A stretch of 62,763 nt of DNA, the filler included, from Squatina squatina (taxonomy: Eukaryota), in NCBI GenBank assembly GCA_031763465.1. It is 4 parts of 4 records of this genome, joined end to end, with 100 filler letters (N's around TTAATTAATTAA, not from the genome) between each part and the next. Parts side by side here need not be neighbours in the genome. Positions count along the whole stretch, not along the records: positions 20,343 to 34,529 come from JARFOE010000232.1; positions 34,630 to 49,419 come from JARFOE010000194.1; 2 more parts are not named here. One strand, 5' to 3'. Made by a program: the position numbers and the translations under genes. This document shows positions 25,117 to 38,430 of the stretch, piece after piece; the stretch's first letter is position 1, and every line of letters starts with the position of its first letter. Under the pieces are notes generated by a model. That model ran no database searches. It worked only from the letters and a program-made list of their open reading frames with translations, and was not told where the DNA came from.

Positions 25117-26377
25117 ATTTCGGGATTGTCAGCTTTGTCTTCTGTTCAAGGATTTGGTGTCAAAATTAGCAGATATAGTCCATTGCTCATGAATTCTGTA
25201 AGCTATTTGTTATTAGGATTAGGTGAACGCTGAACCTTCAGTATAATACAGTCCGGACACATTTAAAGGAAGATTTTCTGTTTAACTTTAATGACAGTGA
25301 CACCTGTGGGACGTATCGGGGTAGAAAGTTGTTTTATGCAGCAATGGCCCCGCCCATTATACACAAACACTGTGGCTCTTGCCGTTTGAGGTTGCTGTTT
25401 AAGATGGTTGGGACCATCACATAAAGCCCACAAATGTCTGAAACGCAATGTGATTTTGAGGAAATGAGGAATTCAGTTCATTTGTCAGTTTATTCATGGC
25501 AGTAATGTTTAAAACTGCCAACGTAATGAAATCCTGCACACTCAACATAAGAAAATGAGACACTCTATAAACCCAACCATATGGAACAAAACATCACTAC
25601 AGTGATACAGGCCTTTCGTTTGACTATCTACACAGCAGGCAGCTGGATCATGGGATTTCACTGGTAACAGTAATCACATTCATAGCTCCACCACATGGGG
25701 TTATATCGAGAGATTGTTAGTTAATGCAGCCTGAGATCTGATTCAGTTGTACTTTTTTAAACTCCAGGTGATATCATGTGCTAACATGCAGCTGTTTCTG
25801 TGTATTTGCTGATAATGGACATGAAAGCCAACATTTCCCATCAGTGGAATCATTTCTTAACATTTTGGCCTCAGCCCAAGGCTTTAACTATGATTACAAG
25901 AACTCTAAAGTGTACTTCAGTTAGCACAGCATCAAGAGCAGCTGAATCAAAGAAATATGTCAGATATTTATACATAATGTCAAACTTAACAATAGACCAG
26001 CTGACACAGGGGAGTCCTCTAGCGATAGTTGAGAGATATTTCTTGGGATTCCTGTAATTCCGCAGTATGCAGTAATATAGTGCACAGATATCGACTGCCA
26101 ATCAAGGCTATTAGCCTGAGAATTGTACAAGTGACTCATGTAATATTGCCTGGAAGCAAAGGCATTATCACACACTCCAGTCACTGGTGTAATATCCATG
26201 TCTCGTAGAAATTTTACTGGCCGTGTACATCCTGGTCAACTGCTTCTGAAGCCAGGCAGCCCATAGTCTAATCTGAGCAGGTCTTCTGCAGTGTGTTTGA
26301 CTTGGCCCCATTCTCTCCTTAGAATGCAGCCTGGCCTGGGCTGTTACAGTTTAGAAATACTGCACTTACATCTAAAT

Positions 26378-26594
26378 AAAGAAAGACTTGCATTTATATA
26401 GCATCTTTCATGACCACAAGACGTCCCAAAGTGCTTTACAGCTAATGAAGTACTTCTTTGAAGCATAATCACTGCTGTAATGTAGGAAACGCAGCAGCCA
26501 ATTTGCGCACAGCAAGCTCCCACAAACAGCAATATGATAACGACCAGATAGTCTGTTTTAGTGATGTCAATTGAGGGATAAATATTGGCCAGGA
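26378..26594 (-). mobile_element. DeuSINE 3' half
   Basis: Reverse complement of the 3' half of the 15051-15505 SINE. Confidence 0.9.
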
Positions 26595-26942
26595 AAAGTG
26601 GTGCTACCCGGGCACTAATGCAGTGCAAGGGTCAGTTTTTTGATATTGGAGAATTCCGGGTATGGCGCCCCGGCGGTGCAAAGGCCTCTTCACCTGGGAC
26701 GTCATAGGCGCCGCGGATCGACGCACGACGTCATCAAGTCGCGCGCCAGCCCCACAGCGCCACCTCGCAACCCCCTTTGCGTCGCTGCCGAGCCACGGCC
26801 GGAATTGGTCCAGGGCTCACCAACGAGACCCGTATCATTGGCNNNNNNNNNNNNNNNNNNNNNNNNNNNNNNNNNNNNNNNNNNNNNNNNNNNNNNNNNN
26901 NNNNNNNNNNNNNNNNNNNNNNNNNNNNNNNNNNNNNNNNNN

Positions 26943-27188
26943 GTGGGTCCGGAGTCACATATAGGCCAGACCGGGTAAGGATGGCAGACTTCCTTCCCTA
27001 AAGGAGATTAGTGAACCTGATAGGTTTTTGCAGCAATCCAGTAGTTCAGTAGTTATTGCAGATTTATTTAATTAACTGAATTTAAATTCCACAGTTGCTG
27101 TGGTGGAATTTGAACTTATGCCTCTGGATCATTAGTCCAGGCCTCTGGATTACTGGCCCAGTAACATAACCACTATGCTACCGTACCC
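26943..27188 (-). mobile_element. tRNA-like Pol III-headed repeat (5' end of a SINE or LINE), distinct from the DeuSINE
   Basis: Minus strand begins gggtacggtagcatagtggt (A box)...agttcaaattcc (B box); body unrelated to the Deu domain. Confidence 0.7.
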
Positions 27189-27882
27189 TAAATATTACTC
27201 CAGCTGAGGCCTAACCAGGGATTTGTAAAGGTACAGCAAAAGAGTACAAACACAGATGTATTTAGATGTTCTGTGAGTAGCTCAGGGTGCCCACGTGGTT
27301 TCCAGGACTCTCTAACTACTGCACATTGTATTATTGGTGAAACTGGGTGATTCCAGTAAGCAGAGAATGAGGGGAAGGCTCCATGCTTCGTCCTGCTAAA
27401 TACACTTGAGTGTCCAGGGAGTAGGGCAATGGCGAATAAATAAAAACTACTGAGAGCCTAAACCTATCCATACAGATCATAAACAAATATACTTTCATTT
27501 CTAATGACATTGCAGGGAGAGTAAAAAGTTTTGTTCCCTCCCCCTCCAAAAAGCTAGCACATCAGGAAGGAGTTAATAAAACCCACACATCTGGTCACAA
27601 GAGATAAGACCGGAGAGTGCTTGAAAACATTGTGTAATGAGATTTCCAGTTGCTCTGATTTCCTGCTAATGGTATCTGTCCATGGGATGCTTGAAAACCA
27701 GTGGTAGAGGTGGAGTGGGAAAGATTCAGCTTGTAGGTCCACTAGTTGCCAGATAAAAGGCCAGATAAAAGTCCCTTTAGAATGTTGTATTATGTTTGTT
27801 GGGTTTCCAAGCGATACGCAGGTATAATAATCAGTAATTACTTCTTTTCCATAAAGTCATGGAGAGAGGGGGAGGAGGTTAC

Positions 27883-27957
27883 GTGTGAGTCAACTGCTTA
27901 AAGTTTAATACCATGTTTAGGTGTGAGTCAACTACCTAAAGTTTAATACCCTGTTTA
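27883..27957 (+). repeat. 38-bp direct duplication (2 copies)
   Basis: gtgtgagtcaactgcttaaagtttaataccatgttta repeated at 27883 and 27921 with 3 mismatches. Confidence 0.9.
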
Positions 27958-28789
27958 TGCTGTCAATTGGAGATCAGATCAAAGATCAAATCAGCCAAAC
28001 TCCAATTTTCAATTTGATGATCGTGCTGAATTAGCACTTATTGGTAAACTAATTACATNNNNNNNNNNNNNNNNNNNNNNNNNNNNNNNNNNNNNNNNNN
28101 NNNNNNNNNNNNNNNNNNNNNNNNNNNNNNNNNNNNNNNNNNNNNNNNNNNNNNNNNNTAACTCGATGTCAATGTGAACTGCGATCCGGCTTATCTTTAA
28201 AACTTAATTATAGTGAAAAAAAACAACTTTGATGGAGAGAGCACAGTCATTGTGGCTGCCCAAATGTTATTAACATTGTGAGATCTCCTCTCTCAATGAA
28301 AGGTCTCCTCTGGGGATTCTTGTATGTTTGGACATTGATGTATTTACTCACAAATTTGAATTCTGGGAAATTCTGGCCCAACCCCAGAAACAGTCTTAAT
28401 TCAATTAAATCCCAGCAGCAGCAGCTTAAAATGTATTTACTTAACGTGAAGCTGCAACATCCCTTTCAATATGTTTCAGACATTGCATTTTATTATCTAA
28501 TGCGGAATAAAGCAGAATTAAATCATACGAAAGCATCCGTGACGTTCCATCCACATCCACTCTGTCTGAGATCATGAGGGCATTTCAACTCGTTCACACA
28601 ACCAGTTATTCTTCATAAAAAGGGAGTAAAGAATGTACAAAAAGTTTAAGGGAGGGAGCGCATATGGATCATGAAACTGAGTTGGCCCANNNNNNNNNNN
28701 NNNNNNNNNNNNNNNNNNNNNNNNNNNNNNNNNNNNNNNNNNNNNNNNNNNNNNNNNNNNNNNNNNNNNNNNNNNNNNNNNNNNNNNNN

Positions 28790-28980
28790 AGGTCTCTCTG
28801 TTCATGTACCCCCTTTAGGACTGTACCCTTTAGTTTATATTGCCTCTCCTCGTTCTTCCTACCAAAATGTATCACTTCACACTTTTCTGGGTTAAATTTC
28901 ACCTGCCACGAGTCCGCCCATTTCACCAGCCTATCCATGTCCTCTTGAAGTCTATCACTCTCCTCCTCACTGTTCGCTAT
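28790..28980 (-). mobile_element. CR1 LINE RT fragment
   Basis: IANSEEESDRLQEDMDRLVKWADSWQVKFNPEKCEVIHFGRKN. Confidence 0.92.
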
Positions 28981-30263
28981 AGTTTTTCTCTTGGGTTGCC
29001 CGCAGCAGTGTCCTGTAAATACATCTTCAATTCCTGGAGTGTTGGCAACCCGAACTCCAAACAAGGCCACTGGAAACTCTGACACTATTCCAGGACCCAA
29101 TGTACCCAGGTCCTAGCAGAGTTTTAAAATGCTGTTCTCGTCCCGCTAGAGCTAACAGCGGAAGACTGCTGCAATGGCTGAGCAATTTCAGTGCCAATGT
29201 GTTAACCCAGTACATCACCCAGAGATTAAATAGCAACTGATAGCACCACACTCAGTGTTAAAATTCTGCAGTAAGCATGCCCCATTGGGATGTATCAGAA
29301 ATTTATGAAAAGTTACTGTGCAATTTGTAGATTTTAGGACATTTTTAATCTACTCTCGAACTCGAAAAATGAAAAGAATGGATGAATATATCAATCTGTG
29401 CACAAACTCACCCTAATGTGAATATTGCTGCGTATATACTCTGGTCTACTGGAAGCAACTGTGGGTTTTTTTTTAAACAAGTTGTAATCAACATTTAATA
29501 GCATCTTTTATTTATTCAATAACAGGTATCTAGGGTATTATCACTTCATTCCTTATTGTCAGTATTAATAATGTTAATTGCTTGCAGGTTTTAGAGTAAT
29601 GGAGTTCTAATCAGTGGTTGCTGTATTGAACCTGTTCCTGTTATGGTGCTGCATCCTACAGTCTCATGTTTGTCATTGCAGGAGATTGTCCAAATTCCTG
29701 AATTCAGTGTTACTCACGATAGTCTCTTCATTGACGCTAAACAGGATTTCCTGTAGGATTTAGTAATTAAATAATCATAGTTTTTTTTTGGCAATTGCAT
29801 TTCATGGTTTCTTACGTTGAGGTTTGCTTGAGATATTTGTATCTCAACATAATGGCGGACATATGCAAGTAAATCTACTGCAACCCAAGCATGGAATGAA
29901 TGTTGAGGCTGTTGTAACATCAAGTAAATGAGGACCGTGGGTTACCCAATGCTTTTACATCCAGAGACAGCGTTTCTGGCCAGCAATGGCCCATATTGGT
30001 CACCCCCTCACTCACAGGTGACAAGGCTGAAGGCTGAATTTGGGTGAAAATGTGGTGTGGCTCACTGATGGTGCAGAAGTCTATCCAATGAGTAGCTGAA
30101 CATCCCATATTTGATATGCAGTCGTTGTTCTCTGCTGGGGTGGCTCTACAACTGGCCTCAGCACCCCCAAGTTGGGGACACTATCTTATGCATCATGTTG
30201 CATTAGGATAAGGGAAATCAGAAGATAATGAAATATCTGCTAAAATCAAAACATGTAACTTAC

Positions 30264-30337
30264 CTCATCATCTGAGTCATCAAAAATAGATGGTTTGGAT
30301 GTTGGGCTTTGTCTTCTTGGACAAAATAACACCATGC
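30264..30337 (-). pseudogene. NSRP1: Exon resembling NSRP1 exon 2, with a frameshifting deletion and intact splice sites
   Basis: ttttctttctccacag | 74 nt | gtaagt. One frame reads HGVILSKKT and another KPSIFDDSDDE, versus remembered NSRP1 YGLILPKK...KPSVFGNDSDDDDE. Confidence 0.55.
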
Positions 30338-32023
30338 CTGTGGAGAAAGAAAACAATTATTGAAAAACATTTCTCCTCTGGTTCTTTTGCCAATTATCTT
30401 AAATTTTCCTATAAACGTATCACTAATAACTAATGACCCTGTGCAGTTGACAGTTGAATAGCTGTCATTTTGTGCAAGGTGTGAGATGTGGATGTGAGTG
30501 CTGCTACGTGGAGATGTTGGNNNNNNNNNNNNNNNNNNNNNNNNNNNNNNNNNNNNNNNNNNNNNNNNNNNNNNNNNNNNNNNNNNNNNNNNNNNNNNNN
30601 NNNNNNNNNNNNNNNNNNNNGCGTCAGATAGGTCTTTACCATTATATCCTTAAGCTTCCATTGTGCTTTTCAGTATTTATCAGAATTGAGCAAAAGCCAT
30701 GTCAAGATTTCATAGTTCAATATTCTGGAAATTGCGGAAATGTCTAACCTCTTTCATTAAGCACCTCAATGCAAAATTCTGATGTACAACAAAAAGCACC
30801 GGACAATATAAATAGGCTAGACAAAAATGATATTGTGTTGAGCAACAATTGCTTGAAAGAAAGTGTAACAAAGTATAGCGTAAGGTGCATGACGTTAGTA
30901 AGGCAAAGTCTGCCTGCCAGAGTCTCTCCCTTATGGCATTTTCACATTGATGATGTGGTGTTGGTGGCAGAAGTGTGCCAACTCCAAGCACACAATACAT
31001 TCAAGGCAAACTCTGAGGCTTCGGATGCCCAACTATTTGTTGCAAGAGCACAGATCAGAGGTGTGAAAAATAAGCATTTCTTCGATTAGCCCTCCAATGG
31101 AAATTTAGTACCTTAAACATCAAAAAATATTTTCCACTCTTCTGTGTATTCAGGTTTCACAACTTGTAGCTAACATGATTTGGTTTTCCTGTTCTATTTT
31201 GGTATTTCTAACAATGCTCGTTATGAAATGGGTTTTTTTTGCATTTCTTCATGCAGATGTGCTCTAAGCACCTCCACCCCCTCACCTTTGGTTACTTAAA
31301 GCACAAAGTACTGATGCTATCAGTTTTCCATAAATCGTGAGCTCTTCAATTTTTTCCAATGCAGTGAATTGAGATATTTTCGATGTTAAAGATACTTTAT
31401 AAGTTTAAATTATTGATTTGAATCAGTTTTGCACATTGTTAGATCCCTTTAGATCAATAGTTTCTTGTGATCTTTCAACTTTTGTTTATTTTTTCTTTAA
31501 AAAACTTTTAGCAGTCTACGTGGATAGAAGTAAGGTTCTCTATCATTGCTGGTTGATTTTTTTTTGTGAGCAGAACATCAGGTAAATCCATTACAAAAGT
31601 GTCTGTCAGAATATTATTCATCATGTTTGCTGATCAAGAGTGACCAGGAAAAAATGACAGTTCATCATACTTGCTTGTGGACTGATAACACAAAAGGCCC
31701 TCATGGAATGGACCTCAACGTTATTCTGCAAGGCCGCTATGTGGATTAAGGCATATTTTTGCAAGTCATCATTTTCTTCTGACAACTCAAAATCACTAGC
31801 CTCTATTTTTCTATACTCTGCTGCCATAATTTATTTGTATTTATTAGAGTTGAGCAAAAGAGGAAGCATGTTACATTATCTTTGTCAGTTGNNNNNNNNN
31901 NNNNNNNNNNNNNNNNNNNNNNNNNNNNNNNNNNNNNNNNNNNNNNNNNNNNNNNNNNNNNNNNNNNNNNNNNNNNNNNNNNNNNNNNNNNCCCAGAGGC
32001 ACAAGTGCCTTTGCACCTAGGCT

Positions 32024-32548
32024 GGGGAATTTCATGAAGGGGTCAGCGTCCCTTTTGATGACGTGGCGCACCTACCCCTCAGTGTCCCGCCGTGACCCTG
32101 CATTGCCCTTCCCCCGCGGCATGCAAGGGCCACAGCCATCGGTGGCAACGACCGCTTTGGCTGTCGTTGTCTGGGCCCCTTAAAGGGGAGGGCTGTTAGC
32201 GCCAGCGGCCGCCATCTTTTTACATTGGCCGACTCTTTGGTCAACCGACTGATGGCGGCCTTCGCCCTGACCGGCTGCCAACCACGTGCCTGGCATACAG
32301 ACTGGTGTGCCAGGCTTGTGGCCCGGACATCGGCGTTCCTAGAGGCCTAATGGCGGGACTCTCCCCTTTTGGCCAGGGGCCCACCCCTTTAAGTGAGGGG
32401 GTGGGGCGTCGTCTGATGTCCCAAGTACGTCAGCAACGCACTGGCAGCGTCCCCGCGTCCCCGTGTGTGCCCTGGAAATTAGTCATTTCCGCCGCGGCAA
32501 AAAAATCCCGGCCCCAGAGCCCGAACGCCTCAGGGGAATTTCTACCCC
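32024..32548. mobile_element. GC-rich MITE, PIF/Harbinger-like
   Basis: Ends gaatttctacccc; contains ccccttaaagggg and gccgccatc motifs shared with 40390-40877. Confidence 0.6.
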
Positions 32549-33748
32549 ACTGTCTTTAGGAGAGGTGGGGAGAAAATTGTTATAATAATTGTTCCCATTC
32601 CATTTAGTAATTTTATACTGTGTAGTTTAACGTTTCAGTGTTCTTGCAGAACGATACAAAGGAATGGGAACGAGCAGAGTTAATGTTTGTGTCAGTGTTG
32701 TGTTTTTAAGCTGCAGTTTCTTCCATTGCAATTATTTGCTTGCCATTTCAAAATGTCACATTGATTCTAACTGAGTCATGCAGTTATTTTGAGAATTCCT
32801 GTCCAGTAAAACTGGATTTTATAATACAAAGAATTTTTAACATTCAAATGATTATATTGTGTTAGAAATAAAAATTCAGAAGTGAACGAGCCTTATTTCA
32901 CAAATTCAGGGGAGAGTTTTATTTTATAAATGATAAAACAATACTAGACTTAGCCTGTGATACCTATAAATGAATTACAAACACTTGCACTATTCCCCTG
33001 CTTTCAGAAGAAATTCTCCGTGGTAATCATGAGCAATTGTTTGAAGGTCATGGGTGAGAACTTTATTTTCTGACAGTTGGCCCTCCTCACCACCCGCCCC
33101 CCATTCTGAATCTCTGGCTAATGAGCAAGACACCACTTTAATTATATTTATCGACAGGTTGAACAGGAAGTTCACCATTGGCCAGAGAGATGGTGGCTTC
33201 TTTCCCTACTGCGCAGCATTTGTACTTCCCTATTCATTAGACTGGTTAATGGCTTCACTTAAATCTCGTCTACAATAATAGGTTGCATACATTTAGCTGC
33301 ACTATGAAACTGTGGAAAATGGGCTAACATATGTTGAAAAGTTTGTACTTTCAATGTAACACTGCTGTAACAATCTGTGGAAAGACAAACGTCGTGACAG
33401 GTGCATTTTAATCTGCATTCTGGTCTGCTGATGCAGTTGTCTGTTGGTATCCCAACTCATCTGGGTTCACATGTGAAAAGAACTTCAGCGCAGTAAATCA
33501 TTCTTCACACTGGAGTTAGTTCTCGAAGGAAAGTCAGTTTGTAACTACAGTTGTCAATGAATTTGAATCCAACCCAGGGCTGTGTGATATTCACCAGAAT
33601 CGGAAATATTTCACTACTATACCACCAGTTGGAGCATTTTTGAATCACCGTGTAATTGTTTTTCTATCGCCCAAAGAAAATGAATGGCGCTCAAAGAAAG
33701 TGCAAGCTCGTGATTACCGTTTCTGTAACTGTCTAAAAAAAGATATTA

Positions 33749-33937
<189 letters not shown>

Positions 33938-33959
33938 CTATTGCAAACTCAGTAATCTT

Positions 33960-34529
33960 AAGACATGGACCAAGACATCAGTTATCTCACAGATGTGAAA
34001 CTAGAAATACAGGGAGAATTAAGATACTAGGACTATTTCCACTGGAATAGTGGGGCTAAGCAGAGATTCAGTGGAGGCTTTTTGAAATTATGGAGCTTTT
34101 TGATGGGGGATAGTCTTTTCATATTCATCCTCTGGTTGGGGAGGTAGTGATGAGGTGTCATCAATTTAAATTTATCACTGAGAGCGAGGAGAGAGATTAG
34201 AGAAATGTCTTTATTCAGAAGTTTGCTGAAGTACAGAATGTTTTGCCACAGGGAGTGGCTGAGGCCAGAACCATTGTATCTTTTAAGGGAGAATTGGATA
34301 AATATTTGAAACATAGAGACATAGAAAATAGGAACAGGAGTGGGCCCTTCGAGCCTGTTCCGCCATTCAACATGATCATAGCTGATCATCCAAATTCAGT
34401 ACCCTGTTCCTGCTTTCTCCCCATATCCTTTGATCTCTTGAGCCTTAAGAGTTATATCTAACTCTTTCTTGAATATATTTAATGATTTGGCCTCAACTGC
34501 CTTCTGTGGTAGAGAATTCCACAGGTTCA
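33960..34529. mobile_element. Old plus-strand CR1 3' fragment abutting a younger minus-strand CR1 3' end (from ~34310)
   Basis: LPQGVAEARTIVSFKGELDKYLK, then acatagaaaataggaacaggagt (reverse CR1 tail). Confidence 0.8.
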
Positions 34530-34629
34530 NNNNNNNNNNNNNNNNNNNNNNNNNNNNNNNNNNNNNNNNNNNNTTAATTAATTAANNNNNNNNNNNNNNN
34601 NNNNNNNNNNNNNNNNNNNNNNNNNNNNN
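34530..34629. other. Synthetic scaffold linker
   Basis: TTAATTAATTAA at 34574-34585 within Ns. Confidence 0.95.
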
Positions 34630-35994
34630 CTACCGACTGAACCATGATTGGCATCGAAAATCAAATAATTACATAACACTACTCAGTATGTAAACAAGGA
34701 CATGGTCGTGGCGTGGGGAGGGGGGAGTGGGCTACTACCATCATATTACACAAACATCTGCGGAATAAAGTACAAGGCACTTCAAGAGAAAGTAATAATA
34801 AATAACTGCAGTTGTTTAATCTTGAAGGAGTTACTTTTAAATATTAGTGTTTGAGCTATTCCCTTGATGGNNNNNNNNNNAGCGTGTCCTTCGATCATTA
34901 TCACAGGGACATTTCCTGTTGCCTGAAGGCATTGCACTTCCCCTACTGCATTTCCTGTTCATCCTCCCATCCTGTCCCTACTGTTTTACAGAGCATTTCC
35001 CAGCATTTCAGCCACTCTTAATTTCCTTTGATAAAGTAGTGATGCAGAACTGGGAATGTGGTAGCTCGGAACAGCAGCCCCTTCCCTATGACAGAGACGC
35101 TTGCTCGCAAACCTGACTGAAATCGGTTTCAGGAAAATCACACGCCCNNNNNNNNNNNNNNNNNNNNNNNNNNNNNNNNNNNNNNNNNNNNNNNNNNNNN
35201 NNNNNNNNNNNNNNNNNNNNNNNNNNNNNNNNNNNNNNNNNNNNNNNTCTTTCTTTCAAACGCAAAGCAACGTTTTTGGATTTTAAGCAAATCTGCCTGA
35301 GATTCGGGATCCATTCAATGAGTTAGTGAAAATGGCACAGACTGAGCCAGCAGCAGTGAGCCTCGGCCTGCTAGTAGGAAAATGTTCATCAATTTTCATG
35401 GCTGTTTTGAAATTTGGTGAGGGTTTGGGGTGGGGGGGGGTGACACACCAAGTTGTAATAAAACTTGGCCGTCCATCATGCAGCAGGTGATAGCCTCATT
35501 AATGCTGCACCTGTTAACTGCTTTACTCTATAAATAGTGGAACTCAGGGGAGAGGGAGCTCTCTCAGAAAACCTGCTTCAGAACAGGCCTCGACTGTTCT
35601 CTAATGAGTTAAACAAGGCGGTGAGGCAAGGTGATTTTCCAACCCTCTAACCTTCCTTCGGAAAAAAATCAAATGACAAGTGTTTTCTTTACTTCTTCAA
35701 CATTGGTAGTTGTTTTAAAAATAAACTCTGCCACCTTGAGTGAAACCTGCCTGAGTCACCGTCTGGTTATCCCATAATAAGAGGTAGAAAATGAGGCAAT
35801 GACGAATGAGAACGCATGCACATATTGAGCTCCCCAATATTAAGGCACTTGTTTTTGGAAGGAAGTGTAGCTGGATACTGATCTGATTGTGGAAACCCCG
35901 AGAAATGTTTATGGTAGAGCCATCACAATCCAACCAAGTAATGGAGGAGTGCTGAAGTAACGTGGGAGGGGGCTGATAGTCATGTAATGCGCAT

Positions 35995-36370
35995 CTGTTC
36001 ATCTGTTCACCAGTAACCGGTGCCTCCGATTTTGACTTCTCATCCTCGTCTTCAAATGCCTCCCTCTCTCTGTAACCTCCTCCAGCTCTACAACCCTCCG
36101 AGAACTCTGTGTTCCTCCAAACCCTGGCCTCTTGTACATCCCCCGCACCCTTCGCCCCACCATTGGGGCCTTCAGCCATCCAAGGCTTTCTAGACCGCCT
36201 CTCCACCACCCTTTCTCATACATTGAGACCCTCCTTAAAACCTACCTCTTTGACTGAGCTTTTTGTCACTCATCCTAATGTCTCCTTTGGCCCTGTGTCA
36301 ATTTTTGTTTGCTAACCCTCCTGTGAAGCGCCTTGGGCCATTTTACTACATTGCAGGCGCCAGTATCAAT
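35995..36370 (+). mobile_element. L2 LINE 3' end
   Basis: ctctgtaacctcctccagc, ctccttaaaacctacctctttgac and cctgtgaagcgccttggg...tactacatt, typical of the L2 ORF2 end and 3' UTR. Confidence 0.75.
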
Positions 36371-36957
36371 NNNNNNNNNNNNNNNNNNNNNNNNNNNNNN
36401 NNNNNNNNNNNNNNNNNNNNNNNNNNNNNNNNNNNNNNNNNNNNNNNNNNNNNNNNNNNNNNNNNNNNNNACCTTAAAGTAGGTTAATGCGCTTAGACAC
36501 GTTGAGCTGCTTGAACTCACGTGGTTTGCCTCAGGCTTTTGATGGATCAAAGGGAACTATTAGTTCAAGCTGAACTCCCATAACCCTCAGCTGCTGAACC
36601 GCAGGCACTTAAAGTGGTGCCATAAAGAGATCTGAACGTTAACTAGCGTTCATTAGCGTTTTGCTAAATTAGACCTGAATGTTGCAGTGGAAATGAGCTC
36701 CTGAAGCACTCGAAGCCTGCGGAGAGCCACGGCAGTATGCGAACAGATCCGATGTGCTGCTGGGACTTTGCAGACAAAGGGCTGGGAAGACAAGTGAATT
36801 TAAGGACAGGGACAAGTTTACGTAATCGTCACCATTTTTCTTACAGGGGAAGGTGAATATGAATCCAAATCTTTTGGATGAGCCTGAAATTATTATTATT
36901 ATGACAGGTGATCTATGTTGGTTCCATTCTGCTCCTCTTCCCCAATGGTCCTAAAGG

Positions 36958-37245
36958 AAAATAAAAGACTTGCGTTTATGTGGCATCTTTCATGATGGCC
37001 CAAAGCACAACACAGCCAAAAGAAGTACCCTGTCACTTTTGTAATGTAGGGAAACGCGGCAGCCACTTTGAACAGAGCAAGATCCCACAAATAGCACTGA
37101 GCCACACGAGCAGATAAGCTGCTTTCATGACACTGGTTAAAGGGTAAATGTTAGGCCAGGGAAGCAGAACTCCCTTGCTCTTCTTCAAGAAGTGCCGTGG
37201 GGTCTTTTACGTCCACCTGAGAGGGCAGAGGGGACCTCAGGTTAG
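36958..37245 (-). mobile_element. DeuSINE copy
   Basis: Reverse-complement match to the 15051-15505 body and tail. Confidence 0.85.
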
Positions 37246-37938
37246 TGTACAAAATGATGAGCGGTTTTGATAGAGCAAGTAGGGAGGAGCTGCTTCCTCT
37301 GCCAGGTGGCTCAGGAACCAGAGGCCTGAAAGTTGGTACCTCTCACAGCCCTTCAGCATGGCACTGCATTACCTAGGTTATAACTTCAAATGTCTNNNNN
37401 NNNNNNNNNNNNNNNNNNNNNNNNNNNNNNNNNNNNNNNNNNNNNNNNNNNNNNNNNNNNNNNNNNNNNNNNNNNNNNNNNNNNNNNNNNNNNNNGCTCA
37501 ATAAGTGGCTAACAAAGGGAAACTGTGGTTGTACAATAGAGGAGGTTGTCCTGGGCAATCGGCAGCCAGATCTTGTTACCTGCCTTTATTTCAAAGACGC
37601 CCATTGATCCCAACTGACAGTGATTACAGGGTCAGAGTTTCCAAGTTACTTTGATCTGAGGAGATTGCCCTCAAAGACCAGATGTTAGTGGTGAACTAAG
37701 CTAACACTTCAGAGGAGCCCATTTCTCTCTGCTCAATCATTACCACAAATAGAAAGTGCTAACGGGCTATGTGTCTTTGCTTGGTGCTTCCCTGAAGGTT
37801 ATTTCTATCCCAAAATGGGTTCAGAGAAATTAATAGAAAAGGAAAAAGAGCTTTTTGCTGCTCAGGGCCCTGTGAACTGTGAAATTACAGAGCGATATAT
37901 AAACGGAGCAGGTGTTCTCCAGCTGAGCGCAAGACATT

Positions 37939-38050
37939 GGGGGTAATTTGATTTTGGGCGTGAGTATAAAACGGGTGATATCGAATCCAGTGCCCGCTAT
38001 ACATCTCTTGACTTGTATGCCCATTGAAACCCAAAGTCAAAATTAACCCC
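37939..38050. mobile_element. Short hairpin MITE
   Basis: TIRs gggggtaatttgattttggg / cccaaagtcaaaattaacccc, flanked by att and aat. Confidence 0.6.
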
Positions 38051-38134
38051 AATATTTCAAGGTACCACAACAATAGGAGCAAGAACGAAAGTAAGAAATT
38101 CAACTTCTCACATCCTCAGAATATTGCAAAAATG

Positions 38135-38430
38135 TTTCACAGGCAATTAATTGCTTTTATAGTATAATCACTGTTGTTCATTAGGCAATTGCAATAATTG
38201 TACACAGCATCATCCCACAAACAATAAGATAAATGACTGGTTAGTATATTTTGATGGTAGTGGTTGAGGGATAAATGTTCGCTAGAACAGCAAAAAACAT
38301 GGAGAAAACTCCTGCTCTTCTTCAAATAGTGCCATGGGATCTTTTACATCAACCCAGACAAGCAAACATGACCTCAGTTTGACATCTCATCTGAAAGACG
38401 ACACCTCCGGCGATGCAGCATACCCTGACT
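38135..38430 (-). mobile_element. DeuSINE copy
   Basis: ctcctgctcttcttcaaatagtgccatgggatcttttac...tctcatctgaaagac is the reverse of the Deu body. Confidence 0.85.
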
